Position numbers and translations under genes: made by a program
From: Hydrolagus colliei
Taxonomy: Eukaryota
Direction: 5' to 3'
Length of the DNA: 64,000 nucleotides
Assembly (NCBI GenBank): GCA_035084275.1
Contig: CM068744.1
Span: 4,774,001-4,838,000, forward strand
Shown here: piece after piece, positions 39,401 through 53,540 of the stretch
How the letters are laid out: every line of letters starts with the position of its first letter
Position numbering within the stretch: position 1 is the first letter of the stretch
The notes under the pieces: model-generated
What the model was told of the DNA's origin: nothing
Databases searched by the model: none
The model's input: only the letters and a program-made list of their open reading frames with translations

Positions 39401-40889
39401 ACATTTTTTTAAAAAGCCTCGAAACGGATTCATTTTTTAATGACCATTTTGCAATGCTGGCGCACATATTCTCTGCTCTCTCATAATGTTTGAAGTGCTG
39501 TAGGATGGGTGCAAACATATTGTCTGGATTGTGTGTGTGTGTTGTGTGTAGAGGGGGGAAGGGAGAGGTGATGCTGCAGCAATTTGCTGGCAGATTGTGG
39601 AATGTATTCAATGTCATCAACGATCACCATTCTACACTGACAATGTAATATTAAATGTCGCTTTAATAGAACAGCAGCAATCGACTAAAACATTAATGAA
39701 GACAACCATTAGGGCTTAATATCACGAGATTGAATTTTTTTGGCATTAACAATGTACAAGGTCAATTGGGGTTTCTGATATCTATACACAGATGCTACAA
39801 TTTTGTTTTCAGGAATCTGAAACATATGATGAGAGCTAATCTTTTACATCTATAGCATCCTCTTTATGTTTCCTTGCAGGGTCAATACCAAACATTAATG
39901 TGTATGGAAACAGCATTAAACGTAACCATTCTTAATGTAAGACCTGCAGGACTTGGTTAAAAAGGCTCCTTGAATTTAGATTTACAAAGCCTTCAAATTG
40001 TTTTGTTTTTAATTCAGAAATTTTCAACAGATTCCACTTGCGTTCATATAGAGAGTGCCCTTCATGCAGTTCCCTGATCAGGGAGGGGATTGATGTCGAG
40101 ATTCAAGAGACAATTTTGGGGGATGCTAAAATAGACAGAACATTTTCCCCATAATAAATTGTTGAGACCAGCCTATGCCCATCATTCCTTCTGAAGCACA
40201 CTGCTCCTGCTGTTTGGGGATTAGATGCTACGCTCTCGACTTCACCACTTTCATGCTGGAAGCCAATCGTGTCAACAAAGGTTAAGCAGGATATTAACTG
40301 CAGCTAAAATGGTAAATTAGCAGGATTTTATTTGACTGTTGGATATCTTAACTCATCACCATGGTAATTACCATGTGAAATTGAAGATTATACTGAACTC
40401 CATGACACGCTTATAGACTAGCAGTGCGGTGTGTATATATGCACACCATGACCAGAAATGCCCCTTTGAAGTACTGTACAAAGATTTGAAAAAAAATTAA
40501 TCAAATAATCCAGGCAATTGATACAGCACTTATCACAATATTGAATATCTTCTGGTGCTTCACAAGATTTTACCATAAGAGTATAGTAATAACGTTTATT
40601 TGGGGAGGACAGGTTCGTGCGGTTATGGGGAGAGAGCTGGGGAGTGGGATTAAATTGCTCTTTTCAAAGAGCCGGCAGACTCGACGAGCCGAATGGCCTC
40701 CTTTTGTGCAGTAACATTCTATGAACTTGTAGGAACACGCAGCAAAACCAACTCGGGCACGGTAATGTCCCAAAACAAACGTAAAATAAATGCTCAATTT
40801 TGTGTGCAGAATAATTGCTTAGGATACCGGGGAAAAACTCAATTTGCCCTTTGAAAATTGTCATAAGTTCACCTGAACAGGCAGTCAGT

Positions 40890-41070
40890 GACCTCAGTTT
40901 GACATCTCAAGGGACAGCACCTCTGACAATGCAATGCTCCCCCAGCACTGCACTGGAAATCAGCTTTGACTGTGAGCACAAAGTCTCGAACCAGGGCTTG
41001 AACACCCAACCTTCAAAGGCAGGAATGTTATCCTTGGGAGGGAGGAGTGCTATTTACTGAGCCAGGCTGA
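40890..41070 (-). mobile_element. Older shark-type tRNA SINE fragment
   Basis: GACAGCACCTCTGACAATGC...CAGCACTGCACTGG...GGGCTTGAAC core. Similar decayed pieces at about 8150-8410, 43500-43800, 51600-51870, 52260-52520, 57590-57750 and 59200-59450. Confidence 0.6.
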
Positions 41071-41764
41071 CATCTGGCCAAGGAGTATAATGCAATACAA
41101 TTTACATTTACAATCATGTAACAGTGACATGACCTACATGTAAATAAACATTGCTTCTCCAGTTACATAAGGGGCCTCAATGTACAAAATGCTCATTTAT
41201 TTTTCAGCTGTGTTCTGTGTGCTATCAAATTCTCAGTTCAATAGTTCGATCTCACTCAACACAGTGTATATTTGCAGAATATTAGTTTGCAACCACATCT
41301 TTAATACATGCCAAATAACATAACAGTACAACAGAAGCTGTACCAGTGAATCTAATAAAGAGTTAGACCTTGCATCACAGATGTCATCAATCAAAACACA
41401 TTGCCACTTTAATAAAACAATACAACAACAATTTCCTCCTAATTAAAGACCTGACAATCTGAAATCAAACATTGGGCTACATTTCACTGTGGATTGGGAT
41501 AATAACACACAGGTTAAGCATGTTCAAGCACAAACTGGTGCTTTTCATTATGAATAAAATGCCATTAATAATTTATGAAAAGAATTGCGTCTCATATGAT
41601 TGTGTGCGTCATGAGCTGATGAAAAGAACAACTTCAAGATTTCAGCAAGGATTTCTTTAAGCAGAGAATAATTAAAGACTGAATTTGTTATCTACCAGGA
41701 AGGGAGGTACAGGCAGGAATGCGAGAATCATTTCAGCGAGATGTTGACGGAAAGAAAGTGGGTA

Positions 41765-41972
41765 CAGTAAAAGCTCGTTTATCCATGACCTGATCAACCG
41801 TAACTTCCGTATAACCGACACTTCAAAAAAACGGTCCCCATTCGATTAACAGGAATTTATCTGGCACAATGTATTAGTATTTTTTTGTGTGTGTTTTCGG
41901 TCGAATATCCGGCATGCACTTTAACCGGCATTGGCCAGGTCACGAGGGTGCCGGATAAACAGGCTTTTACTG
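41765..41972 (+). mobile_element. Tigger/pogo-type MITE
   Basis: TA-CAGTAAAAGCTCGTTTATCC ... GGATAAACAGGCTTTTACTG-TA. Confidence 0.9.
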
Positions 41973-42023
41973 TATTTTGGAACAATTAATTAAAATGAGC
42001 CATAGGACCCTACACTACTACTA

Positions 42024-42279
42024 CTAATAATATTAATAATAATAATCCTTGCATTTGATTTGGCGCTTTTCACTTCTTTGAAACATGCTACAGCCAATTG
42101 CGCACAGCAGTGTCCCACAAACAGTCATGAATTGAAGTGACCAATTTATTATTGGGGGGTTTTTCTTGAGGGATTATTAACAGGCATATGAAGTAAGGAA
42201 ACTTGCCTAAGATTTAGCCCTGACTGGAATTTAACCCAGGTTTCTCGCTTGCAAGGCGAGTGCTCTAACCATTGAGCTA
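42024..42279 (-). mobile_element. SINE, internally deleted
   Basis: tRNA head, core and tail present. Confidence 0.85.
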
Positions 42280-42758
42280 TCCACTACCTTCTTCATCTAT
42301 ACTTCACTTGCAAATCAAACTGGAAATGGAGCCTAACTTAACAGATTTCAAATTTCTCCCAAAGCATTAAAAAGTAAAGAATTACATGCTAATAAACACT
42401 AATTCACAATCTTAATCCTCTTCAGTTATCTACCACACCAAATCGCTCATCGCCTGTTCATCCCATGATTGGTTTTGGAAAGCAAGTCAACATTTGCCCT
42501 TCTTCATAGAAAATAATTTCTCAAATCTGTCCAATAGTTGCCCATTACCTTCACAACAGCGCTCCCAAGAAACGTGCTCTATTAATACAGATTGTATAAA
42601 CCTGACCAAACAAAAGCAATGGATCATTTTCCCACCAACATTGGCCATGTGTATCATCTAGAATGGCACACCGTATTTTGAAAGAAAATAAATCATTCTT
42701 TATTGGGTCTCAAATAAATTTTTAAACTTTTCCAAGCTTCTATAATTCCCACCAATTA

Positions 42759-42967
42759 TAATAAAAGCCCGTTTATCCGTGACCCAATCAATCGTAACTT
42801 CCGTATAACCGGCACCTCATAAAAAGGTCCACATTCGATTAACCAGAATTTATCTGGAAAAATTCATTAAAAAAAAATGTTGTGTATGTTTTCGTCCGAA
42901 TATCCAGCACGTGCTTTAACCAGCATTGGCCAGGTCCCGAGGGTGCCGGATAAACGGTATTTCACTG
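42759..42967 (+). mobile_element. Tigger/pogo-type MITE
   Basis: TAAAAGCCCGTTTATCCG ... CCGGATAAACGGTATTTCACTG-TA. Confidence 0.88.
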
Positions 42968-44368
42968 TATTTAGCTTGGGCACCTCTACCTTTAGACTTA
43001 ATACCTGCTCGGACTTTAGTCTTGCTATTAAGAAAAAACTCTGCCGACCTTTTATCATAGAGACAAATTACCTCCTGAAAGGGGTGATTTGTCTCTTGCA
43101 ATAAAAGAACAGTCCTGGCCATGATTTTTCATAAAACAACTCCAACCAAATTTGCTTCCTGCCTCTCAGGTGAGATTCTGGCCTACTGACACAACATACT
43201 AGATGCCAATTTAAATTAGGTCATCAAAGTTCAAATTAGTGAGTGCAAATACACTTCCTGCTTGCCAAGTAGAATTTATGTTTTGTACCAAGGTGAACAG
43301 AAATGCCAACAAACAGAAGCAAAAATCCAGTCCATTACATTTGATTCAATTTTTCTGTATTAGTTAAAAAGATTACATCGTTGAATCAAACATTCTTCAA
43401 AATCCTATCCTTCTTCAGAGGCAGCTCTGGTCTTTCCCGTAAACGTCATAAACTCGAACATTCTCATAGTCTGAGCCTCATTAATAATAATATTAATAGT
43501 ATTTGATATGGGTCTTGACACATCAAAATGTGCTTTACAGCAACAACTGTCAAGCATGGCAAATGTACTAGTAGGAAAATTTAGCAAACAATTTACTCAC
43601 AGCGATGTCCCATAAAGTGACAGCAGGTGATTTTTTTCTGTACAAATATTGGCCTCACACCAGGATAAATTCCTTTCTCGTTTTGAATTGTGTCATGATT
43701 GTTTTTAGTTGGTAAACACTGTTTAAGGCTTCAAAGTATGCCATCTCTGACAATGCAGAGATGCAAAATCACCTGCTGTCACTCCAGAGTGCTGAACGGG
43801 TTTTATCAGCCCAGGCTGAGTTTAAGACCATAATCTCAACGATTTAAGACTGTGGAAATGTGGGACTTCTTAAATCCAAATTAAAACTTAAGAATTTTCC
43901 AAAACCTTGCATGATCTTAAATTTTAAGTACAGTACTTTTGACTGTAGCATCAATGCTATGTCGAGCTAAACATGTAATAGAATGAATACAACCCAAGGA
44001 GGCAATGTTACTAACTCCTGACACATTTTATTCCATACTGATTTATCACAAGACACGGATAATAAACTCCACCAGTAGAAATATGTTGATTTTTTCAGAA
44101 GAGGTTATTGCGCTTTGCCCACAAAATGTCTCAATGACTTCATAAGGCTCTATATCAAATGCAAAGATTATTATTACCTAACTACTACAAGACGGCCAGC
44201 TTGTTAGTGCTCATCACATTATTTGGTGAATACTAAACATACACTCGGCCCTTTTGACTAACAAGTAAAGACAAATAGACATTTATCCCAGCACACACCC
44301 TGGGAAAAGGCTTGATGCTTTTCTACAGAAAGATTTGGAGGATTGTTTGAAACAATTAAGCAACTGAC

Positions 44369-44487
44369 CTGTTTGAGGGCCTTCTTGCTGTGCTTCTGGG
44401 ATGGAGACATAACCTTATTCTGTGGGATGGAGGGTGAGGGACAGCTTGATTGAGGTGAAACTGGTTGCGACGACAACCTGGATGACA
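44369..44487 (-). CDS. ASXL2: ASXL2 internal exon
   Basis: ttcaag|TG TCA ... CAG|gtcagt. Encodes [39 protein letters not shown]. 119 nt, phase 1 to 0. Confidence 0.93.
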
Positions 44488-46539
44488 CTTGAAAAGAGAA
44501 ACAGAAAGTTAATATTGGAATCACTATTTTCATTTAAAAAATACAAATATAGTGAATTTTTTTTTAAAAAAACTTTATATTTTGACAATTGTTCCGTTCA
44601 GGTATTCAGTTACTGCGTGTTAACTGCACAAAGTATGATATTTTGTTATGCCTTTACAACGGAAAATCACATCATAAAGATATATGGAAATGATCAGAAA
44701 TTTGGGGGATCAGCATAAGATAGACCTCACGCACTGACAATACATGGTATCATTTTCAGAAAATCAACAAGTTGAAGCCACTATACTAGTACAAATATAA
44801 TCGTAATTACAAAGTAACTCAGTCAGTGTTTGCCAAAGTACCCATCCTAAAACTCACTGAAGTTCAAAAGCTATTATCTAATCCACATAGTGCATAGTTG
44901 ATCAACTTCCAATACAACCATTAATTCTTCAGAGTGAAAGTCTGACAATACCTGGGGTTCCTGCCAGTCACTGCTCTCAATGTCAAACAGTTTTGGCATA
45001 AAAATTGTTCTCCAATTATCTGGTATCGAGAGCCACAACATTTTAAGACAAAAACATCTTAGTTAGGGTGTTTATGCAGGGCAATGAATTGTTTGTGGGG
45101 AATGGGGGGAGCAGTTAAGCAATGACTGCTTAACACCCTCCAATACAGCCAACACACTCACATCAGACAATTTAGGATTTTCTTGCTGTCACCATCTGAT
45201 GTGGGTTTGTTTTCCTCAAATGTCTCACCAAAGTTTGAGCAATGGCCCATAAACACAGCTCTTTGAAGAACATAGTCTCAGGTGACATAAAGGTTTTGTT
45301 TTCTAAAAATTGAATGACGGACTCATTGCCAAGATGTGTTGCAAGACTCAGAAAACTTTAACAGACCTACTTGACCTGCAGAGATCAATATAAATCCTGC
45401 AATGAATGTTACAATAAGAGCAGCTCACATTAGCAGAATATCCAAATGAAAGTAAAAGATCACAGCCTCCTGGCTGATCATATCTTTCTTTCAGATGTTG
45501 ATGGATGGAGTACAATTTTGTTTGAAAAAAATTCAGAAACCTTTCATGCATTGCCAAGATGCCATATTGTACCTCTGATTCCTTATTTGCTGAAAGCTCA
45601 ACTAACTATGTGCTGAGGTCAGCTACATTCATACAAAAAAGAGAGGCAAATGGCAGGGCAAGAGACTTGGGAGCACTCTTTCTGGTAGCTAGTCACAAAG
45701 CAATACTGGCAATGGGCTGAGAGGCAGGTAATGTCAGCCAGGAATTGTGAGGGTGATGGGTGTGGGAGGGGGAAAAGAAGGAAGTAGGGGTTGGGTGGGG
45801 AGAGAGAAAAGAGAAAAAAATAAGAGAAAAAGACAATTATTTTGAAGAAATTGAGTTTTGCCGCGTGCATTGTTGCAACCACAGCCGTCCAAATAGTTTT
45901 CTGCAGGAACACTATCTCCCGGGAGTTGTATTATGTGGACAACTCCTAAACTCCAAAGTCAATCTACACATTCATCCATCACATCTCTACTATTCACCGT
46001 TATCCTCAACCCTTGCAGAGACATTATTATCTACACGCTCCCCACCCCACCCTCCCCCACCACACACACAGTTGGTGCGTGGACCATCTATCCTCACATC
46101 TCCTAGTGAAGCCAATAATAACCTAATTCCTTTTTGAAGGAGGAAATGTGCACAGCATAACTGCTAGTGTTGGAAATCTATTTCACACATACACTGCTCA
46201 TGGGTTATGCATGCAAGTTCAATGACCTAAATTACTTCCTCAGTGCAGTAAATACAGTATAAACTATGGCAGGTTTAATAATACATTTACAGTAACACTT
46301 TCTTCCAGGAAGCCTTCAGTTTTATATTTTGCTTTTTTCTATTTATCTAAATAATAAATGTTGCCTCACAGTCCTCTACCACCTCACTTAATCATCATCC
46401 AAGAAGATTTCAGAGTTTAATTGGGAGTCTTTCTCATTCTATAAATTTCAGTTTCAATAGAGAACTGAAACATGATAAGTATTTGTTTTGATGACTCAAA
46501 AAAGTAAAATGTAGGCATGCTGGAGTCAACTCACTTATT

Positions 46540-46862
46540 TATAATAAATATAATAATCCTTGCATTTGATATAGCGCTTTTCACATCTTCTAGATGTCTC
46601 AAAGCGCTTCATAGAATATATGGTAAAGTGAACTGACTGTATATTTGTGGGCAAAACACGGCAGCCAATTGCGCAGCACAGTATCCCCCAAATAGTCGTG
46701 AATTGAAATGACCAATTTTATTATAGTGGATTTTTTTTGGAGGGAGTATTGCATGTGGAATATGGAAACTTGCCCAATGCTTCGCCCTGACCTTCCTGGA
46801 TTCTAACACAGTTTTCATGCTTGTAAGGCAAGTGCTCTAACCATTGAGCTGCAGGACTCCAC
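46540..46862 (-). mobile_element. Full-length SINE
   Basis: tRNA head, core, (TTA)n tail. Confidence 0.9.
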
Positions 46863-48957
46863 TTACTTCTCCCTCATTTACCTGCACGGATTTATTTTGA
46901 TTCTCCTCTAGGGGGTGGCGGAGGTAAGTGGGGTCTCCTTGGTGCTGAACTGGCTCCAAGGAGACATGCCTGGCAATGGAGTGTCAGTATGGAGCCAGCC
47001 CTCTGTGGTGGTCTCAGTTCTGGTTTCTGAGCCTAGAGGGCCAGCAGTATTCCAGGGCACTGATGATGTCAGCACAGGCAGTTCTTTAGCACGATCTGGA
47101 AGGGTTTGCTTGTGTCCCCACGCATGGACAAGAGCTGGAAACTCGTACACTCACAGGCTTTAAATCGTCCCATTATAAGCTCACAAACACAAAATTTTTC
47201 GACAACAATGTTTGTGGGCTTTGATTCCTGGGCTGCTTACAGCCAAACTGGTTTTGGACAAGTGCACTTTTGCAGAACCTTCACAAAGATCGAGAAGCCA
47301 GGCTAATTTCTCTTCCCTATTATATCACTGTAGTAGCCCCAGTGCCACTAAGGATGAGATTGATTAGCTTGGCACAGACCAGTGAACTCACTTGGGACCT
47401 GCTTGATTTGTGTCTTGGGTATCACTTCACAGCCTCCATTGAGGCTTCAATGTAACAACAGCCTCATCAAGGCCAATGTCAGTATTTGACTAATGGCAAT
47501 GAACATCGGGACTGAGTGTGAGTGAATGATCTGATAAATACCAGTTCCCTCAGTGGAATAAGGTTGAGGATCTGAGGGAACATTTTGTTAAGATGCTGTC
47601 GTCTCCTCAGATTGGGATCAATTACTTTCACATTTTTGAACATAAGAAAGCAGTCAATGAAGAATGAACCATCATTATAACAGCTGTCAAGAGCTATGCA
47701 CGTTGTTCATGTAATGCAACATGAAAAGACTAGGAACAAGGGTCCAGGAGCAATTGGGAGCTTTATAATGAGTATGAGCATACATGAAAAAAGGCAATTT
47801 CCATTTTATTCAGAAAACACTCTTAAGATGTCATGTACAGTTTCACTCTTTCCTCCAATTCGAACTTCACAGCATTTAGCTCTCCAGAGAGCCCAAATAT
47901 CAGTGTTACGCCTGAATTAATCCATTGCAATCTCTTTGAAATGAATATAAACTTCCGCCAAGGACACTGGCCATGCTGGTAGCTCAGTGACACACCCTCC
48001 CTTACCAGATCTGCATACTGAGGGATTTCTCAAGCAGTAACAGCCTCTTAGAAGGACTCATTCAAAGTATTCAAAGTATGCAACTTATAAAACAATCTTC
48101 TTGAAACTATTTAGTTGCATTTTTTAAACACTTAAAAAAACCGGAATCAATTTATTACACATTATATTCTGCCACTTTTAACTTCACTGCTTCTGTGAGT
48201 AGTGAAATAGTTTGCTAGCTTCCCTTTATAGGTCAATGAAGAAGGAAGTGCAATTCTGAGGGTGCCGTGTTCCTTTTCTTGAAATCGATTAGACTGTGGA
48301 TGTGAACCATGATTTCATACAAAACCAGACAATGTCCACTATTGCAACATAAAGAAGACAGGGATTGATAATACAAGGCTAGTGTAAGCCTGATTTTTTT
48401 TCAAAAAAGACAGGTCTGTTGAAGCTGTTGTGGTGCTGATGAACAACATGAGATACTGTATGAAAAAATTAACCAAGCAAGTGGAATGGAGTGGACTGAA
48501 TTTTATGCCATTCGCCAAAAATCACAATTTCATGGAAAATTCTGCAGCAAGACAAAGAGAGATTTCAAGCTGCAGTATCGGTTGTGAGGCAAACTGGTGG
48601 TCACTTTCAGGTCAAGCACATAAATTCAAGACATGAACAATGTTGCTTCATTTAGTCACAACATTTCAAAAGCAGACCTCAAAGAGATGAAGGAAGGAAT
48701 AATGCCAATCTGATTTAGTCAAGAAAGCAAGCGGTTCTGCACAGAAACTCACTGCCTCGCTCAGTTGTACACCTGGAAAACATTGCACTACAGCACGACG
48801 TTGCAAAATAAACTAAGTTTGATTCTGTAGTTAACCCCGACACAAGCCAAGATAAATGGGATAGACTGTCTGTTGAAAAAAAACTACGTTTGCCATTCTG
48901 AACTGAAGGCCGATTTTAAAAAATACCTATTTCCAACTAAATGCCAGTTCCTCTTAC

Positions 48958-49007
48958 CTTTGTACTGAGGTTTTTTATTCAGCATTTTTCTTTCTCTGAC
49001 TTTACCT
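48958..49007 (-). CDS. Candidate alternative first or cassette exon (MLNKKPQYK), in frame with the 44487 exon
   Basis: Strong donor AAAG|gtaaga at 48958, ATG at 48985 giving phase 1, possible acceptor gttcag| at 49007, promoter-like motifs upstream. Confidence 0.4.
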
Positions 49008-50129
49008 CTGAACAACAGGAGCTTTAACTCTCCTGCTTAGTTTTGGTCGTTTTTAAACTCTACATCTCATTGGCTGAGGAGCAAGGCAGTACAGCCTATG
49101 TCAGCGAAACGAAGTGTTTCTTTGAAAAAAAGGCGATGTTTCCGCTTTCTGCAACTTTATTTCTGTACTTATAAGGAAGTGGTTGTTGATTTTTATCAGC
49201 GGCTTCCTGTAGCAAGGAGTATATGAAACAAATGATGTCATATAGCATATACTACAGGCCAGAGTAAATTGCTTTGACACTATGTGAAGACTTTTCCTTC
49301 ATTTCAGGAGCAAAGATACATTTAATGAGTATTGCACCTTTCCACCAGAAATATCTAATGCAAAAATCTGCCGTTGAAAAGTAGTGACGTTGCTTTTTTT
49401 AAACAAAAAACTTCCTTTACTTATGCACACACAAAGTTGCTAAATCTAGATGATCTTCCCTGAGCAGTGAGGGATGGATGGTTCATGATGGACATATTGC
49501 AAGCTGCCCAACATAGACCTCCACCACGCTGAAGGCTGCCGGCCGTTCATCAATAAACTAAATAGGAAACCCCAAAGCTCGAGACGTTCGCTGTTCGAGT
49601 GCTATCTGAATTGTAGGCACACAAACACAAAGTCTGAGACGGAAACCTTGTTAAGAGTTGGGCCCAATGTCTCACTGGGCGTTCTTTGCGAGGCACGGAA
49701 AAATGGCCGACTTCCAGGTTGTCAGATTGCTGCTGACGACATTTCCTTTGTGGATTGACATCAGCTGTGCTTCCTGGGCAGAGTCTGCTTGATCACTGCT
49801 GATCTCATTGCCCACCAATGTACATACTGCAGGCATAGATATTAAAGGGTGCAGTAATGGGATTACTCACTTCCTCTATGAGCAGCTATATTGCTCATTT
49901 TATCAGTCAAATGGAATTCTTGTTACCACTTATCCACCCAACAAGATCCCAAAACAGGACTCATCACTTATCTAATGACCAACCTATAACCTGGATGTGA
50001 GTGTGAAGGGGGTTAGATTAAGTGGACTGCAGTTAACTGACACAATACCTCAAACAGCTAGGTCCAAAATACCAGAGAGCACAAATGATGATGGATCACT
50101 TTGTCTCTAATTATCCTCAAAACCTTATA

Positions 50130-50338
50130 CTGAAAAAGCCCGTTTATCCCTCACCCTCGGGACCTGGCCAATGGTGGTTAAAGCGTGCCAGTTATTTGGC
50201 CGAAAAACCCCCCAAATAAAAAAAAATTAAATGCATTTTTCCGGATAAATTGCAGTTAATCGAATGCGGACCTTTTTTGCGATGCCAGTTATATGGAAGT
50301 TACAGTTGATCGGGTGCTGGATAACCGGGCTTTTACTG
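50130..50338 (-). mobile_element. Tigger/pogo-type MITE (opposite orientation)
   Basis: Same TIRs, internal sequence reversed, TA flanks. Confidence 0.88.
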
Positions 50339-50461
50339 TAATAAGACTATTGGACAGACAAAATGTCTTTCACCAGTAATTGGTGTGGTTTTAGCTAGTT
50401 CAATGTTACAGTACTCCAATGTGCACTGGTTTTCCTTAAGATTTAGCATCTGTAATCAGTA

Positions 50462-50765
50462 CCTGCAGCTCAGTGGTTAGAGCACTCGCCTCGCAAGCGA
50501 GAGACCTGGGTTTGATTCCTGGCAGGGCAAAACTTTGGGCGAGTTTCCGTACTCCACACCTGATAATAATCCCTCAAAGAGAAAAAACAATAATAAACTG
50601 GTCACTTCAAATCCACAATCGTTTGTGGGACTCTGCTGTGCGCAATTGGCTGCTGCGTTTTGCGCACAAATATACAGTCAATTCACTTTACAGTATATTC
50701 TGTGAAGCGCTTTGTGACATCTAGGAGACACGAAAAGTGCTATATCAAATGTAAGGATTATTATC
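50462..50765 (+). mobile_element. Full-length SINE
   Basis: GCAGCTCAGTGGTTAGAGCACTCGCC ... GGTTTGATTCC ... core ... AAGGATTATT. Confidence 0.92.
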
Positions 50766-50829
50766 ATTGTCTATCATTACCAGTTTTCTCCAAACAAAGC
50801 AGGTGTATGCCCCCGGGCCAGGCAGGAAA

Positions 50830-51230
50830 TTAAACGTCTTATTCGATTTCCAACTGTCTTTTCTCACCCATAGCCAAATCATGAAGTGCTCTGCCTTCCC
50901 TCACCTCTGCAACATTGCCCGTCTCCGCCACTACCTGACTCCTCAGGCTGCTGAAACTCTCATTCATGCCTTCATCATGTCCAGGCTCAACTACGCTAGT
51001 ACCCTGCTTGTCGGCCTTCCCAACTCCACCCTCTGGACGCATATCATCCAGAACTCTGCAGCCCATGTCCTCTCCTGCACCAAGCTCCATGACCCAATCA
51101 CCCTCATTCTTGCCCGCCTCCATCATTCAGAGGATTCAATTCCTCTGAATTCCTCTGGTCATGGAGGGCTTTAAAATTGATGACCAGGATCTTGAATTGA
51201 GTAGGGCAAGGGCTTTAAAGGTGATGAATT
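50830..51230 (+). mobile_element. L2 ORF2 C-terminal fragment
   Basis: HLCNIARLRHYLTPQAAETLIHAFIMSRLNY...LLVGLP...QNSAA. Confidence 0.85.
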
Positions 51231-52537
51231 CAGAAATTCTATCCTCCAATGCGTCTATCTCGGCTCCTCCCCGGCCTCCTTCAATCCCTGCCTCAAGACA
51301 TTCCTCTTCGACCATGCCACCGGTCACCCCACTTCCCTTCCTTCCACTTTAGGCAAGGTTTCTTAGTCCATATGCTTCTGTTTAGTAGGAACCCGAATGG
51401 CCGATCTCTTTCCCAAGGTAATAATCTCTTCAAAAAAAATAAATAGGTCATCCAATCTACTACTGTTTGTGGGACACTATTATGCACAACTGGCTGCTGC
51501 GTTTAGCTCACAAATAGTCACTCCACTTTACAGTGTTTTGGGATGTCCTTTCGACATGAAATGCACTATGCAAATGATATTTTGTTGTCGGATCTTGTGA
51601 AGTGCTTTGAGACTTCCCCAAGATGTGATAATGCATTAAGTCAAGTGCAAGGATTATGATGTAGTGACTGTGTATTTTGTGGGTGAAACACAGCAGCCAG
51701 TTGTGCACAGCAATATCCCATAAACAACCACGGAGTGAGTGACAAACTGTATTTGGAAAATTGTTGGCCAGGACACAGGGAGAATCACCATTCTTGTTTT
51801 GAATAGTGTTGTGGCATTCTTTAATCCACCGGAATAGGCAGATGGGACTGTGGTTTTAATGTTTCATCCAATAAAATGATTTTTTAAAAATTTATAAAAT
51901 TTTAAAAAGTACAGAATTGGGAAAAAAAAATTTGATCAGTCAATATGGAAGCCAGTTTTTAAAAAGGTGTTTTTAAGAACTTAAATTTTAAGAGAACGGC
52001 ATTACAGATTTAAAAAAAAGATACCTCTAGTCTCTTTCTCTTAAATTTTCTCTTGCCTTTGTCCCACTTCTGCACAGATACTATGAACGTGCCTGTGATT
52101 AGCATTTTATTATCTGGGGAAGCCAAGGTAAGCATCGCAGGGTTGGATTCACACCTGCATCTCCCGGTGTGTAATAAATTAATCTAATGAACCATGACTA
52201 AATTTAATTGAAATTACTTCCCCTTTGCAGAGGATTACATCGGTTAACCAACTCTGATAATAATAACAATAAAGCTTGCATTTGATATAATGCTTACAAT
52301 GTCAAACCATCTCAAAATGCTACAGAGGGAATTGTTGTAGTCCACAGGCGATTGTTCAGAAGTGACAGGCAAATGTGGTAGCCAACTTGTGCATAGCAAT
52401 GTTCCAAAAACAGCTGTGAAATGAATCATCAATTTCTCTGGAGGAATACTGGCCAAGACACCAGGAGAAATTCCCTTCTCTTTCCAAAATGTGACAGGGG
52501 AGCTTTATGATATCCACCTGACCTTGATTTAATAAAA

Positions 52538-52860
52538 AAATAATAATCCTTGCATTTGATATAGCGCTTTTGACATCTTATCGACGTCTCAAAGCACTTC
52601 ACAGAATATACTCTAAATTGAATTGACTGTATATATTTGTGGGCGAAACTTGGCAGCCGATTGTGCACAGCAGCGTCCCACAAACAGTCGTGGATTGAAA
52701 TGACCAATTTTTATTATTGTGTTTTTTTGGGGACGGATTATTATTAGGTGTGTGGAGTAAGGAAACTTGCCCAAGATTTTGCCCTGACCTGTCTGAATTC
52801 GAACCCAGGTTTCACACTTGTAAGGCGAGTGCTCTAACCACTGAGCTACAGGAGCTCCAC
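52538..52860 (-). mobile_element. Full-length SINE
   Basis: tRNA head, core and tail. Confidence 0.92.
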
Positions 52861-53246
52861 AATATACTTCATACCAGTTGATTAGTGTACTGTATCTTGC
52901 TATTAGACAATATATGTATATTTAACATAGGTTGACTTCGGCTGCTCTTAATTATTTTGATGCCTAAGGAAGTGATTGGATGGTCACTTCACCCATTGCC
53001 ACGAAAGCCACTGCACCATTTGATGGCGTTTTACCCGCTGAGCCATGCAATGGTAGGTTATGGCATCTCTTCAATTTTCATCTTCATTTAAAGTCTCAAC
53101 AGAAGAATAGCATCTTCGATAACGACAAAATTACGTTTATAGAGCTCCTTTCACATCGGGAGGACGTCCCAAGGAGACAAATGCAGCAATTAAATGGTGC
53201 AGTGGAGTGTCAGCCTGGACGGTGAGCTCAAAGTCATTAATGATGT

Positions 53247-53540
53247 GCTCAGTGGTTAAGAGTACTCGCCCTTACAAGTGTGATACCCGTGTTCGATTCC
53301 AGGCAGGGCGAAACCTTGGGCAAGTTTCCTTACTCCACATGACTGATAATAATCCCTCAAAAAAAATGGTCATTTCAATCCACGACTGTTTGTGGGACAC
53401 TGCTGTGCGAATTTTGCTGCCACGCTCACCCATAAATTATACAGTCAATTCACTTTACAGTATACTCTGTGAAGCGCTTTGAGACGTCTAGAAGATGTGA
53501 ACAGCTCTACATAAAATGCAAGGATTATTATTATTATTAA
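53247..53540 (+). mobile_element. Full-length SINE
   Basis: GCTCAGTGGTT ... GTTCGATTCC ... core ... (ATT)n. Confidence 0.9.

Noticed and set aside
50462-50525. tRNA gene (and similar heads elsewhere)
   Set aside because: The A/B-box heads continue into SINE core and tail and lack a proper acceptor stem; they are SINEs.
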